From Squalus acanthias (Eukaryota): 64,000 nucleotides of DNA. The notes under the pieces were generated by a model. It saw only the letters and a list, made by a program, of their open reading frames with translations. It was not told the DNA's origin and searched no databases. The translations under genes and the position numbers were made by a program. This document shows positions 1 through 12,968 of the stretch, one piece after another (position 1 is the stretch's first letter; every line of letters begins with the position of its first letter). Location: assembly GCA_030390025.1 (NCBI GenBank), contig CM059432.1, positions 11,160,001 through 11,224,000 of the forward strand. Direction: 5' to 3'.

Positions 1-130
1 TTAAGGCTAAAGGGATCAAGGGATATGGGGAGAAAGCAGGGACAGGGTACTGAATTTGGATGATCAGCCATGATCGCATTGAATGGCGGAGCAGGCTAGA
101 GGGGCCGAATGGCCTACTCCTGCTCCTATA
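1..130 (+). mobile_element. CR1 LINE 3' end; its terminal microsatellite is displaced to 3159-3178 by a nested insertion
   Basis: KAKGIKGYGEKAGTGY* followed by the CR1 3' stem-loop gggccgaatggcctactcctgctcctat. Compare the intact tail at 51770-51815. Confidence 0.85.
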
Positions 131-368
131 AGAACATAAGAACATAAGAAATAGGAGCAGGAGTAGGCCAATCGGCCCCTCGAGCCTGCTCCGCCATTCA
201 ATAAGATCATGGCTGATCTGATCCTAACCGCCAATCTACTATCTACTATCACAGAACCATCTCCTGCATCTAACAGAATTGCACACACGAAATAGGAGCA
301 GAATCAGGCTACACGGTCCCTGGGCCCGCTCCACTACCCACAGGGCCATGACCGATCCGAACCTAGAC

Positions 369-1655
369 TCATGTCCAAATTCCTGCCCGCTCCCCGTAAC
401 CCTTAATGCCCTTTACTTCTAGGAAACTGTCTATTTCTGTTTTAAATTTATTTAATGATGTAGCTTCTACAGCTTTTTGTGGCAGCATATTCCATGGACC
501 TACCACCCTCTGAGTGAAGTAGTTCCTCCTCATCTCAGTTTTGAAAGAGCAGCCCCTTATTCTAAGACTATGTCCCCTAGTTCTAGTCTCACCCGTCATC
601 GGGAACATCCTCCCCGCATCCACCCGATCCAACCCCTTCACAATCTTATATGTTTCAATAAGATCTCCTCTCATTCTTCTGAACTCCAATGAGTAGAGTC
701 CCAATCTACCCAACCTCTCCTCATATGACCACCCCCTCATCCCCGGGATTAACCGAGTGAACCTTTTTTGCACTGCCTCGAGAGCAAGGATGTCTTTCCT
801 TAAGTAAGGACACCAAAACTGTATGCAGTATTCCAGGTGCGGTCTCACCAATACCTTGTACAACTGAAGCAATACCTCCCTATTTTTATATTCTAACCCC
901 CTAGCAATGAAAGCCAACATTCCATTTGCCTTCTTAATCACTTGCTGCACCTGCATACTAACCTTTTGAGTTTCGTGCACCAGGACCCCCAGATCCCTTT
1001 GCACTTCAGTACTCTCCAGTTTCTTGCCATTAAGATAATAAATTGCTCTAGGATTTTTCCTGCCAAAGTGCATCACCTCACACTTTCCAGTGTTGTATTC
1101 CATCTGCCAAATCTCTGCCCACTTACTTAGCCTGTCTATGTCCCCTTGCAGGTTTTTTATGTCCTCCTCACTCACTACTTTCCCTCCCATCTTTGTATCA
1201 TCTGCAAATTTTGATATGTTACACTTGGTCCCTTCCTCCAAATCGTTAATATAGATTGTAAAGAGTTGGGGACCCAGCACTGACCCCTGTGGAACACCAC
1301 TAGTTACTGATTGCCAGTCTGAGAATGAACCATTTATCTCAACTCTTTGCTTTCTGTTAGATAGCCAATCCTCTATCCATGCCAGAATATTACCCCCAAT
1401 CCCGTGATTTTTTACCTTAAGCAATAATCTTTTGTGTGGCACCTTGTCAAATGCCTTTTGGAAGTCTAAATACACTACGTCTACTGGTTCCCCTTTATCC
1501 ACTCTATATGTTACTTCCTCAAAGAACTCCAGCAAATTTGTCAAACATGACTTCCCCTTCGTAAAACCATGCTGACTTTGTCCTATTAAATTATGATTAT
1601 CCAAATGTCCTGTTACTGTTTCCTTAATAATGGACTCCAAAATTTTACCTACCAC
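369..1655 (-). CDS. CR1 ORF2 reverse transcriptase and C-terminal region, open for 428 aa
   Basis: QHGF, YLDFQKAFDKV, GVPQGSVLGP, KFADD and VRPHLEYC motifs. Confidence 0.95.
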   Translation of the reverse strand: MVGKILESIIKETVTGHLDNHNLIGQSQHGFTKGKSCLTNLLEFFEEVTYRVDKGEPVDVVYLDFQKAFDKVPHKRLLLKVKNHGIGGNILAWIEDWLSNRKQRVEINGSFSDWQSVTSGVPQGSVLGPQLFTIYINDLEEGTKCNISKFADDTKMGGKVVSEEDIKNLQGDIDRLSKWAEIWQMEYNTGKCEVMHFGRKNPRAIYYLNGKKLESTEVQRDLGVLVHETQKVSMQVQQVIKKANGMLAFIARGLEYKNREVLLQLYKVLVRPHLEYCIQFWCPYLRKDILALEAVQKRFTRLIPGMRGWSYEERLGRLGLYSLEFRRMRGDLIETYKIVKGLDRVDAGRMFPMTGETRTRGHSLRIRGCSFKTEMRRNYFTQRVVGPWNMLPQKAVEATSLNKFKTEIDSFLEVKGIKGYGERAGIWT

Positions 1656-2126
1656 AGATGTTAGGCTAACCGGTCTATAGTTACCAGCCTTCTGTCTACT
1701 GCCCTTTTTAAATAAGGGTGTTACATTAGCAGTTTTCCAGTCTGCCGGGACCTTAGCAAGAATCCAGGGAGTTTTGAAAAATTATTACCAATGCATCTAC
1801 AATCCCTACCGCCACTTCCTTCAAGACTCTAGGATGTAAGCCATCAGGTCCAGGTGATTTATCCGCCTTGAGTCCCATTATTTTACCGAGTACCACTTCC
1901 TTAGTGATTTTGATCGTGTTTAACTCCTCTCCCCCCTATAGCCCCCTGTTTGTCCAGTGTTGGGATATTCTTAGTGTCCTCTACTGTAAAGACTGATACA
2001 GAATATTCATTCAGTGTTTTTGCCATCTCCATATTTCCCACCATTAATTTCCCGGTCTCATCCTCTAAGGGAGCAACATTTACTTTAGCCACCCTTTTTC
2101 TTTTTATATAACTATAAAAACTCTTA

Positions 2127-2887
2127 GGGGTAAAAATTGAGTCGCGCCCCATTTGGGGCGCTAACCTCGCCGGGGCGCGACTTTTAGCGCCCCGAAAAAA
2201 TTAGCGGCCCCGCGCCGGAACTTCAGTGGTTGCGCCCCAAGAGGGAAGCGGGGCGCAACTGGAAGCACCCCGCATCCCTCTTGGGGCGCTGCGAGTGAAT
2301 ATCCTGGCGCTACGTGCCGCAGCGCCACGCGCTGCGGCATGTCGCGCCGCGGTATTGCAGGCCTTCCTCCCCTTCTTAAAGGGGAGGGACCCTGCGCAGC
2401 GCGAACCGGGGCCCAGCTGGGCCCCCAGGGATCGGGAGTGCCGGCAAAAGAGCCCGGCACTCAAGAGAAGTGCCGGGCTCTTGGAGCGCAGCCGGCACTT
2501 CATGGTGGGGGGGCTTCACGGGGGCCGGGGGCAGGTGCTGGCAGGCGGCCAGCAACAAAAATGGCCGCCTGCCACCTCCGCTTTAAATATCGCCGCCCCG
2601 GCCGCACGTACGCCTCCCTGAACCCGTCGGACATAGCGTCTGGCGGTAAATCAGGGGGCGCGACTGAAGATCACGGCCGGGGCGCGAGCGGGGTGCTGCG
2701 CACGGCGATGATGTCATCGCCGGCGGCGCAGCGCCACAGGGCGCTACCGGCTGCCGCCGCCGCTAACCTCCCACTAAATTTTTCGGGAGGCGTGGGCGGC
2801 GCTGCGCCCGGGCGTTAGCTGCTTTACGCCCCATTAGCGCCCTCTTAAGGCGCTAACGGGAGGCGCAAGCAGCTGAATTTTTCCCCC
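2127..2887. mobile_element. GC/CpG-rich PIF/Harbinger-type MITE, family H1 copy 1
   Basis: TIRs GGGGTAAAAATTG / GAATTTTTCCCCC, 3-bp flanks TTA/ATA, cleanly splits CR1 sequence, near-identical to 33594-34366. Confidence 0.85.
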
Positions 2888-3859
2888 ATACTATCTGTTT
2901 TTATATTTTTTGCTAATTTACTTTCATAATCTATCTTCCCTTTCTTAATCAATCTTTTTGTTATTTTTTGCTGCCTTTTAAAGTTTTCCCAATCCTCTGT
3001 CCTCCCACTAGATTTCGCTACCTTATATGCCCTTGTTTTTAGTCGAATACTATCCTTAATTTCTTTACTTAGCCACGGATGACTGTCCTTTCTTTTACAC
3101 CCTTTTCTTTTCAGTGGAATATATTTTTTTTGGAAGTTGTAAAATAACTCCTTGAATGTATCTTCTATGATTCTATGATAGGAGATTTAGAACTACTTGC
3201 ATTGAAATTTGGCTTTCAGTTTTCTAACCCATCACATTTTAGTATCTGCAATCTTTTAACTCATATATTCACCTTGTTACCCTCTACAAATTCCTGTTAC
3301 CAGTCTTTTGGACGCTGTGTTATAATTCCAACAAATGTGCTTTTAGTAATGACATTGCTACCACTGTCTTGATGTGCATTAAGTTACTTCCACTTAATTT
3401 GCATAACTAGTAATTGATACTCTTTTTTTAAAACCAAGTGTATATTTTAGATGTAACTCACTTAAATATTCGTAAAGCAGTAAAAATGTAACTTAATTTT
3501 CACATTAAAATTGCAGAATTGCATGCATCACAATCTAGAAAACTAACAAAAGCTGACTTTGCTTCAAAAAAAATGACACTGCCCCCAAAAAGCTGACGAC
3601 TCAAGAAGAGCCCTGATTTTAAGTCTAAGAATATTAAAACACTTGCAGTTTCTAGTTATGAGGAGAGACTAGAGAAACTGAGGGTTTCTTCATTAGTGCA
3701 AAGAAGGATAAGAGGAGGTCTGTGAGAGGAGATTGAGAGGTTATGATGAGGTCAATTAGGAAAACTATTTTTACTAATCAGTGCGTCAGTTACTAGAGGA
3801 CATAAATTTAAGATCATCAACGGCATGATGGGCCGAATGGCCTCCTTCTGTGATGTGTC

Positions 3860-5670
3860 AACAAGAACTTGTATTTATATAGCGCCTTTAAAGTAGTAAA
3901 ATGTCCCAAGGCGCTTCATAGGAGTGTTGTCAAACAGAATTTGACACCAAGCCACATAAGGAGATATTAGGGTAGATGACCAAAAGCTTCGTCACAGAGG
4001 TAGGTTTTAAGGAGCGTCTTCAAAGAGGAAAGTGAGGGGGAGAGGTTTAGGGAGGGAATTCCAGAGCTTGGGGCCTTAGCAACTGAAGGCACGGCCGCCA
4101 ATGGTGGAGCGATTAAAATCGGGGATGAGCAGGAGGCCAGAATTGGAGGAGCGCAGATATCTCAAAGGGCTGGAGGAGATTACTGAAATAGGGAGGGGTG
4201 AGGCCACGGAGGGATTTGTGAACAAGGATGAGAATTTTAAAATCGAGGTGTTGCTTAACCGGGATCCAGTGTAGGTCAGCGAGCACAGGGGTGATGGGTG
4301 AACGGGACTTAGTACAAGTTAGGACACAAGCAGCAGAGTTTTGGATGACCGCAAGTTTTACAGAGGTTCGTAAATGGTAGGCTGGCCAGGAGCGTGTTGG
4401 AATAGTCAAGTCTAGAGGTAACAAAGGCATGGATGAGGGTTTCAGCAGCAGATGAGCTGAGGCAGGGGCGATGTTACGGAGGTGGAAAAAGGCAGTCTTA
4501 GTGATCGGACAGTCTAGTTCAGCCTCAGACAGTTGCCAGGGAGAGGGATGGAGTTGGTGGCTAGGGAACAGAGTTTGTGGCGGGGACCGAAGACGGTGGC
4601 TTTGGTCTTCCCTATATTTAGTTGGAGGAAATTTCTGCTCATCCAGTACTGGATGTCGGACAAGCAGTCTGGAGGAGGATTCTGTGGTCAACCATGTCAA
4701 AGGCTGCAGACAGGACGAGGAGGGATAGTTTACCATTGTCGCAGTCACATATGTCATTTGTGACTTTAATAAGAGCCGTTTCGGTACTGTGGCAGGGGCA
4801 AAAACCTTATTGGAGGGATTCAAACATGGAGATCCGGGAAAGATGGGCACGGATTTGGGAGGCGATAACCCGTTCAAGGACTTTGGAGAGGAAAAGGAGG
4901 TTGGAGATGGGGTGGTAGTTTGCAAGGACGGAGGGGTCAAGGGTTGCTTTTTTGAGGAGGGGGTGATGACAGCAGATTTGAAGGAGAGGGAGACAGTACC
5001 TGAGGAGCGAGAACCATCAACAATGTCAGCTAACATGGGAGCCAGAAAAGGAAGTTGGGTGGTCAGCAGTTTAATGGGAATAGGGTCGAGGGAGCAGAAG
5101 ATGGGCTTCATGGGCAAGGTGAGCTCGGGAGGGCACGAGGGAAGATAGGAGAGAAACTGGAGAAAGATGCGAGTTCAGGGGTAGGGCAGGGGGGGAACCT
5201 TAGAGAGAGTTTGGCCTGATGGGTTAGGGGACGGGAGGGAAGCGGTGAGGCAGTTGAACGGATGATCTCAACCTTGGTGACAAAGAAGTCCATGAACTCC
5301 TCGCACTTGTTGGAGGTGAGGGTGGAAGAGACTGGAGAAGGGTTTAAGAAGACTGTTTGCAGTAGAGAAAAGAAGCTGGGGCTACCTTTGTATTCCAGGA
5401 TAATCCTGGAATAATGAGCAGTTTTAGCAGACGAGAGCAGGACCAGATAGTGCTTTATGTAGTCCAGCCAGATCTGGCGGTGAATGGCTAAATCATTTGT
5501 CTGCCATATCCGTTCAAGTCTGCGTCCTTTGGTCTTAAGGGAGCAGAGATGAGGCCATGCCTGGGGGAACAGCCAGCGTGAGAGCGAGTAATGGTTTTAA
5601 TGGGGACTAGGGCATCAAAGATGGGGTGAGGGTGTGGTTGAGCAGATCAGTAGCTGCAGAAATGTCATGG
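3860..5670 (-). mobile_element. L2 LINE fragment (degenerate ORF2 plus 3' tail)
   Basis: CSLDPIP and PVLADLHWIPVKQHLDFKILIL motifs; tail gcgctatataaatacaagttcttgttg. Confidence 0.85.
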
Positions 5671-5924
5671 TGATTCTCTTACAATCCCCCTGCTGTAATG
5701 AAAAGCCTGTGTTTTAAAAGCCTATGTGTTTCAATCCCAACAACCCTTTAATCTCAATATTATTAACCTAGCTTATTTATTTAACAATCTGCATGTGCCT
5801 ACCTTTACAGTACAATGTCATCGGCCCTGAAGTTCATCCTTCTCCAATGTTATCCGCGTCATTGAGGGGAAAAGACAGGATTTGCAAGAACAGTTTAAAC
5901 CAATTCTGTCTACATTACTGTTCT

Positions 5925-6660
5925 ATTTTTTTTATTCATTCATGGGATGTGGGCGTCACTAGCAAGGCCAGCATTTATAAGCACAACCATCTCCCTTTGT
6001 GCTAGGTGTGACTCCAGCCTGTGGAGAGTTTTCCCCTGATTCCGATTGACTTCAATTTTACTGGGGCTCCTTGATATATTTGTTCATGGGATGTGGGCGT
6101 CGTTGGCAAGGCCAGCATTTGTTGCCCTCGAGAAGGTGGTGGTGAGCCGCCTTCTTGAACCGCTGCAGTCCGTGTGGTGAAGATACTCCCACGGTGCTGT
6201 TAGGGAGGGAGTTCCAGGATTTTGACCCAGCAACAATGAAGGAAGGCTATATACTTCCAAGTCAGGATGGTGTGTGACTTGGAGGGGAACTTGGAGGTGG
6301 TGGTGTTCCCATGCGTCTGCTGCCCTTGTCCTTCTAGGCGGTAGAGGTTGTGGGTTTGGGAGGTGCTGCCGAAGAAGCCTTGGCGAGTTGCTGCAGTGCA
6401 TCTTGTAGATGGTGCACACTGCAGCCACGGTACGCCGGTGGTGGAGGGAGTGCATGTTTAAGGTGGTGGATGGGGTGCCAATCAAGCGGGCTGCTTTGTC
6501 CTGGATGGTGTCGAGCTTCTTGAGTGCTGTTGGAGCTGCACTCATCCAGGCAAGTGGAGAGTATTCCATCACACTGCTGACTTGTGCCTTGTAGATGGTG
6601 GAAAGGCTCTGGGGAGTCAGGAGGTGAGACACTCGCCACAGAATACCCAGCCTCTGACTG
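5925..6660 (-). mobile_element. CR1/L2-group LINE family B, 3' fragments (two tails)
   Basis: IYKAQVSSVMEYSPLAW...HSLHHRRTVAAVCTIYKMH; tail gacgcccacatcccatgaa; same family at 49776 and 63370. Confidence 0.8.
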
Positions 6661-7737
6661 TATTTATAAAAACATATCTATATTCTTACAGATAGTATAT
6701 AACTGCATATATAATAGCGTGACACAGCCCCTACAGATCTCCTGAGATTGTGATCTTAAATATGTGTCAACTAGTAACCAGTCTTAAATTATGGATGCAT
6801 GCATTCTAGCAATAGGACTTTATAGCTTTTTATACAAATTAACCTTTCCCCCTGTGCCTTTGCCTGAAGAGGGACATGGCATTTACAACTAAAATGTTAC
6901 TCGAGCACCAAATCAGTTAAGTTTTATGAAACTGTACTGAGTGTATTCAGTTTACAGCATTTAATGTCGCAGAAACAATAATTTAGAGGTTGATGGGTTC
7001 AGGTAATAAAAATATTTTCATGTCAATGTCCAGTCAGTGCCCTTTTACCCAAACGTTATGCTTCATCTGTGAATTTACACAGTAACTGTTAGGATACTGT
7101 GGGGCACCTAAACTGAGATTGATAGTCATACCCGTTTAGTTGCAACTCGCCTAATTGCCTTTCCCGTTTTAACACAACCATTTTTATAGTGCCCTGTTTT
7201 TTCTTCTATACTTCCAATTGTGAAAAGTTTGTTTTATTGCAATTCAATTCAGGTTCCTATGTAAGTGTGGTATGCTGAAATTCCTGCTTTAATGACATTT
7301 TTCACCTTTGAACATGAGGCTTTCACCTCACAATCTGGGTTAGTTGGTCAACGTGCGATTTAAAAAAAAGAAACAAGTTGACCTGGTTTCAAGCCATCTC
7401 TAATGGTTTGCTGTGTTGTGTGGGTGAGGAAGAAATGGAAGTCAAATTTCAAGGTGACTCAACAAAAAAAGCACTTTGCGAGCAAGATGTTTTGAACAGG
7501 GTGAAGGAATTGAAAATTCAAAAGCAAGTCACACAGAAGTATGGCATTTCTGAATCTCTCGTTTCTAGAATTCTGAAAAGAAAAGCAGACACCTTGAAGG
7601 ATTGGTAAAGAAATAAGAACTGTGATGGGAAATGGAAGCGTGAAAGTAAGATGGCTGATGTTGACAAAGCGCTGTTTAGCTGGTTTAATCACAAGAGTTC
7701 AAATTACCGCTTGACGGCTACCTGTTGAAAGCTAATG

Positions 7738-8530
7738 TCTTCGGTCCCTGCTACAAAGTCCGTTCCCTAGATACCAGCTCCATCCCTCTGTGGCAACTGT
7801 CTGAGGCTGAACCAGACCGTTCGCAACATTGGTGTCGTATTTGACCCCAAGATGAGCTTCTGACCACGTATCGGCTCCATCACCAAAACCGTCTACTTCC
7901 ACCTCTAACATCGCCCGACTCCGTCCCTGCCTCAGGTCATCTGCTGCTGAAACCGTCATCCATGCCATTGTTACCTCTAGACTTGATTATTCCAATCCTC
8001 TCCTGGCTGGCCTCCCATCTTCCACCCTCCATAAACTTGAGCTCATCCAAAACTCTGCTGCTCATATCCTATCTTGCACCAGGTCCCATTCGCCCATCCA
8101 CCCCTGTGCTCGCTGACCTACATTGGCAACGCCACGATTTTTAAAATTCTCATCCTTGTTTTTCAAATCCCTCCATGGCCTCTCCCCTCCCTATCTCTGT
8201 ACCCTCCTCCAGCCCACATCCCTCTGAGATCTCGGCACTCCTCCAATTCTGACCTCTTGTGCATTCCCGATTTTAATTGCTGCACCATTGGCTGCCGTGG
8301 CTTCAGCTGCCAAGGCCCGAATCTCTGGAATTCACTCCCGAAACATCTCCGCGCCTCTCCCCTCCTTTAAGACGCTGCTTCAAACCTACCTCTTTTACCG
8401 AGCTTTTAGTCATCTGTTCTAATATCTCCTTATGTGGCTTGGTGTCAAATTTTGTTTAATAATGCTCCTGTGAAGCGCCTTGGGATGTTTTACTACGTTA
8501 GAGGCACTATATAAATGCATGTTGCAGTTG
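7738..8530 (+). mobile_element. L2 LINE 3' fragment inserted in the Tigger relic
   Basis: L2 C-terminal motifs, tail ggcactatataaatgcatgttgcagttg, TAATG duplicated at 7733-7737 and 8531-8535. Confidence 0.85.
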
Positions 8531-8671
8531 TAATGAGATTGCCTAATAATTCAGCATGGAAAGTTTGAAGCATCGAATGGATTTCTGTGCTGCAGGAAAA
8601 TGAGACACAACCTTGTACACAAAAAGCTTTTACAGTTGTGACGAGACCGGACTTTTCTATCATGCCCTGCC

Positions 8672-11600
8672 TGCTGGGTTTATCCTTGCACCCTTTTTTG
8701 AACAAGGATGTAACATTTGCAATTCTCCAGTCCTCTGGCACCACCCCTGTATCTAAGGAGAATTGGAAGATTACGGCCAGTACCTCTGCGATTTCCTCCT
8801 TAACCTCCCTCAGCATCCTAGGAGGCATCCCATCCGGTCCTGGTGACTTATCAACTTTAAGTACAGACAGCCTTTCTAGTACCTCCTCCTTATCAATTTT
8901 TATCTCATCCAGTATCTCCACTACCTCCTCTTTCACTATGACTTTGGCAGCATCTTCTTCCTTGGTGAAGACCGATGCAAAGTACTCATTTAGTACCTCA
9001 GCCATGCCCTCTGCCTCCGTGCGTAGGTCTCCTTTTTGGTCCCTAATCGGCCCCACCCCTCTTACTACCCGTTTATTATTTATATGCTTATAGAAGACTC
9101 TTGAATTCCCTTTTATGTTAGCTGTCAATCTATTCTCGTATTCTCTCTTTGCCCCTCTTATTTTCTTTTTTACTTCCCTTCCGAACTTTCTATATTCAGC
9201 CTGATTCTCACTTGCGTTCTCAACCTGACATCTGTCATACTCGCTCTTTTTCTGCTTCATCTTTCTATCTCTTTCGTCATCCAGGGAGCTCTGGCTTTAG
9301 TTGCCCTACCTTTCCCCCTTGTGGAAATGTACCTCGACTGTACCCGAGCCATCTCTGTAAAGGCAGCCCATTGTTCGATTACAGTCTGGCCTGCCAATCT
9401 TTGATTCCAATTTACCTGGGCCAGATCCGTTCTCAACTCACTGAAATTTGCCTTCCTCCAATTAAGTATTTTTACTCTAGATTGCTCCCTGTCCTTTTCC
9501 ATAGCTAATCTGAACCTTATGATACTATGATCACTGTTCCCTAAATGTTCCCCGACTGACACTTGCTCCACTTGACCCACCTGATTCCCCAGAACCAGAT
9601 CCAGCAATGCCTATTTCCTTGTTGGGCCGGAAATGTACTGATCAAGAAAATTCTCCTGAACACACTTCAGAAATTCTTCGCCCTCTCTGCCCTTTACATT
9701 ATTACTATCCCAGTCTATATTAGGATAATTGAAGTCCCCCATTATCACTACTCCATAGTTCTTGCACCTCTCTGTAATTTCCCTGCAAATTTGCTCCTCT
9801 ATATCTTTCCCACTAGTTGGTGGCCTATAGAATACACCTAGTATTATTTCTCAACTCTAACCAAATAGATTCTGTCCATGACGCCTCCAGGACATCATCT
9901 CTCTCCAGCACTGTAACATTCTCCTTAACCAATACTGCCACCTCACCTCTTTTCTTCCCTATCTTTCCTGAACACCTTATATCCAGGAATATTTAAAACC
10001 CAATCCTGCCCTTTTTTGAGCCAGGTTTCCGTTATCACCACGACATCATATTCCCATATGGCTCTTTGCGCCTGCAACTCACCAACCTTATTTACCACGC
10101 TTCGTGTGTTTACATGCATGCACTGTAAACCTGTCTTAGACCTTATTGTATTCTTAGTCTGACCCCACCTAATAACCTCAATATTTCTTACTCTAGTGCT
10201 ATCTGTCTCTCCCCATCCTTTGTGCACTTTGTTTCTCCTTTCTAATGCTGCATCCTGGTGCCCATCCCCCTGCCAAATTAGTTGAAACTCTCCCCAACAG
10301 CACTAGCAAACCCCCCTGCGAGGACATTCGTTCCGCCTCTGTTGAGATGCAACCCATCTGACCTCCCCCAGAACCGGTCCCAATATCCCAGAAATCTGAA
10401 GCCCTCCCTCCCGCACCATCTCTCCAGCCACACATTCATCCTCCTATTGCTATACTCACTAGCTCGTGGCACAGGGAGTAATCCAGAGATTACTGCATTT
10501 GAGGTCCTGCTTTTTAATCTCTTTCCTAGCTCCCTAAAATCTGCCTCCAGGACCTCATCCCTTTTTCTACCTCAGTTGTTGGTACCGATATGGACCACGA
10601 CCTCTGGCTGTTCACCCTCCCCCCTCAGAATGTTCCGCAGTTGCTCAGTAACATCCTTGACCCTGGCACCAGGGAGGCAACATACCATCCTGGAATCATG
10701 ACTGCGGTCGCAGAAACGCCTGTCTGTTCCCCTAACTTTCGAATCCCCTACCACTATTGCCTTCCCGATCTTCCTTCCACCCTTGGTGCCGAGGACTTGG
10801 CTCTGGCTGTACTCCTGAGAGGAACCATTGCCCCTCACCAGTATTCAGTACTGGCTAGAGAGCGAGTTGCACTCTGGACTCCTGCACTACCTGCTTGGTC
10901 CTCCTTGTCTGTCTGATGGTCCCCCATTCCCTCTCTGCCTGCACACTCTTACGCTGCGGGGTGACCACCTCCTGAAACGTGCTATCCACGTAGCGCTCAG
11001 CCTCATGGATGCACCACAGTGACGCCAGTTGCTGCTCAAGCACCGAAACCCGGAGCTTGAGCTCCTCCAGTCGACAACACTTTCTGCACACGTGGTTGTC
11101 CAGGACTCGGGAAGTGTCCTGGATTTCCCACATGGCGCAGGATGTACAATCCACGGGACTGAGGTGCCCTGTCATGCCACTATTTATTCGACTATTAACT
11201 AAATTGCAGAAATAAACTTAAGACTAAGAGTCTTAAAAGTCGGGCCTACCTTTATCTCTGGCCTCTTCTCTCGCTCGCTTAGTTAAAGTCTTTCTTCACA
11301 TGATTATTTATAGTTATATTAATTAGTTTATCGAGTTAAGTTAGAGGAAAAAAAAGTTAATACTCACCCACCAATCACCTACCTGCTGTCCAACGATGTC
11401 AGTCCTTGATTTTGCTGTTCTTTTAGAATTCGCTGGATTTGTACTGTTGTCTCTGCTGCCAACTCCTTCCAGGTCCGTGCTGTCCTCTGGTCCCGCTCTC
11501 TTTATTCTCTGCCAACTCCTTCCAGGTCGGCGCTGTCCTCGGGTCCCGCTCTCTTTATTCTCTGCCAACTCCTTCCAGGTCCGTGCTGTCCTCGGGTCCC

Positions 11601-12215
11601 GCTCTCTTTATTCTCTGCCAACTCCTTCCAGGTCCATGCTGTCCTCGGGTCCCGCTCTCTTTTTATTCTCTGCCAACTCCTTCCAGGTCCGTGCTGTCCT
11701 CGGGTCCCGCTCTCTTTATTCTCTGCCAACTCCTTCCAGGTCCATGCTGTCCTCTGGTCCCGCTCTCTTTATTCTCTGCCACTTCTGCTGCCGACTCCTT
11801 CCAGGTTCGTGCTGTCCTCAGGTCCCGCTCTCTTTTTATTCTCTGCCAACTCCTTCCAGGTTTGTGCTGTCCTCGGGTCCCGCTCTCTTTATTCTCTGCC
11901 GCTTCTGCTGCCGACTCCTTCCAGGTCCGTGCTGTTCTCGGGTCCCGCTCTCTTTATTCTCTGCCGCTTCTGCTGCCGACTCCTTCCAGGTCCGTGCTGT
12001 CCTCGGGTCCCGCTCTCTTTATTCTCTGCCAACTCCTTCCAGGTCCGCGCTGTCCTCGGGTCCCGCTCTCTTTATTCTCTGCCGCTTCTGCTGCCGACTC
12101 CTTCCAGGTCCGTGCTGTCCTCGGGTCCCGCTCTCTTTATTCTCTGCCAACTCCTTCCAGGTCCGCGCTGTCCTCGGGTCCCTCTCTCTTTATTCTCTGC
12201 CGCCTCTTTCCAGTT
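8672..12215 (-). mobile_element. Inverted 5' half of a near-full-length CR1: 5' repeat array, ORF1, and ORF2 APE endonuclease up to KKGCKDKPS
   Basis: ORF1 Cys-rich/coiled-coil CTSCAMWE..HVCRKC and SGNH esterase IVVGDS..LPGA..HIGTN; APE motifs NTRSVVNK, ITETW, LDLVL and SDH. Confidence 0.92.
11450..12205. repeat. Tandem array of 53-nt units (some 55 or 65 nt), about 14 copies, in the CR1 5'UTR
   Basis: Unit actccttccaggtccgtgctgtcctcgggtcccgctctctttattctctgcca, with an optional gcttctgctgcc insert. Confidence 0.95.
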
Positions 12216-12968
12216 GTAGTGGGGAAGCTTTTAGAAACGATAATAAGGTACAAAGTTAACAATCACTTGGACAAGTGTGGATTAATTAAAGAAAGCCAGC
12301 ATGAATTTGTTAAAGGCAAATCGTGTTTAACTAACTTGATCGAGTTTTTTGATGAGGTAACAGAGGGTTGATGAGGGCAATGCGGTTGACGTGGTGTATA
12401 TGGATTTCCAAAAGGCGTTTGATATAATGCTACATATTAGGCTTGCCAGCAAAGTTGAAGCCCATGGAATAAAAGGGACAGTGGCAGCATGGATACGAAA
12501 TTGGCTAAGTGACAGGAAACAGAGAGTAGTGGTGAACGGTTGTTTTTCGGACTGGAGGAAGGTATACCGTGGTGTTCCCCAGGGGTCGGTACTCGGACCA
12601 CTGCTTTTCTTGATATATATTAATGACTTGGACTTGGGAGTACAGGATGCAATTTCAAAATTTGCAGATGAGACAAAACTTGGAAGTATAGTGAACAATG
12701 AGGAGGATAGTGATAGATTTCAAGAAGACATAGACAGGCTGGTGAAATGGGCGGACACGTGGCAGATGAAATTTAACGCAGAAAAGTGCGAAGTGATACA
12801 TTTTGATAGGAAGAATGAGGAGAGGCAATATAATCGAAAGAGTACAATCTTAAAGTGGGTGCATGAACAGAGACCTGGGGGTATATGTGCACAAATTGTT
12901 TGAGGTGGCAGGGCAGGTTGAGAAAGCGGTTAAAAAAGCATGCGGGCTACTGGGCTTCATAAATAGAG

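Larger units (their letters stand above)
131..3160 (-). mobile_element. 5'-truncated CR1 LINE, interrupted by a MITE at 2127-2887
   Basis: ORF2 similarity throughout; (TTCTTATG)n tail at 131-150. Confidence 0.95.

Noticed and set aside
369..1655. 428-aa ORF as an active or domesticated gene
   Set aside because: It is part of a 5'-truncated CR1 that lacks the endonuclease and is split by a MITE. An open frame only indicates a young copy.
2161..2818. Overlapping ORFs in H1 (also 33668-34297) and in H2/H3
   Set aside because: GC-rich non-autonomous MITE sequence with no transposase motifs.
11396..12371. Long ORFs of 287 and 310 aa
   Set aside because: They arise from the stop-poor tandem array and read-through across the inversion junction, so they are not genes.
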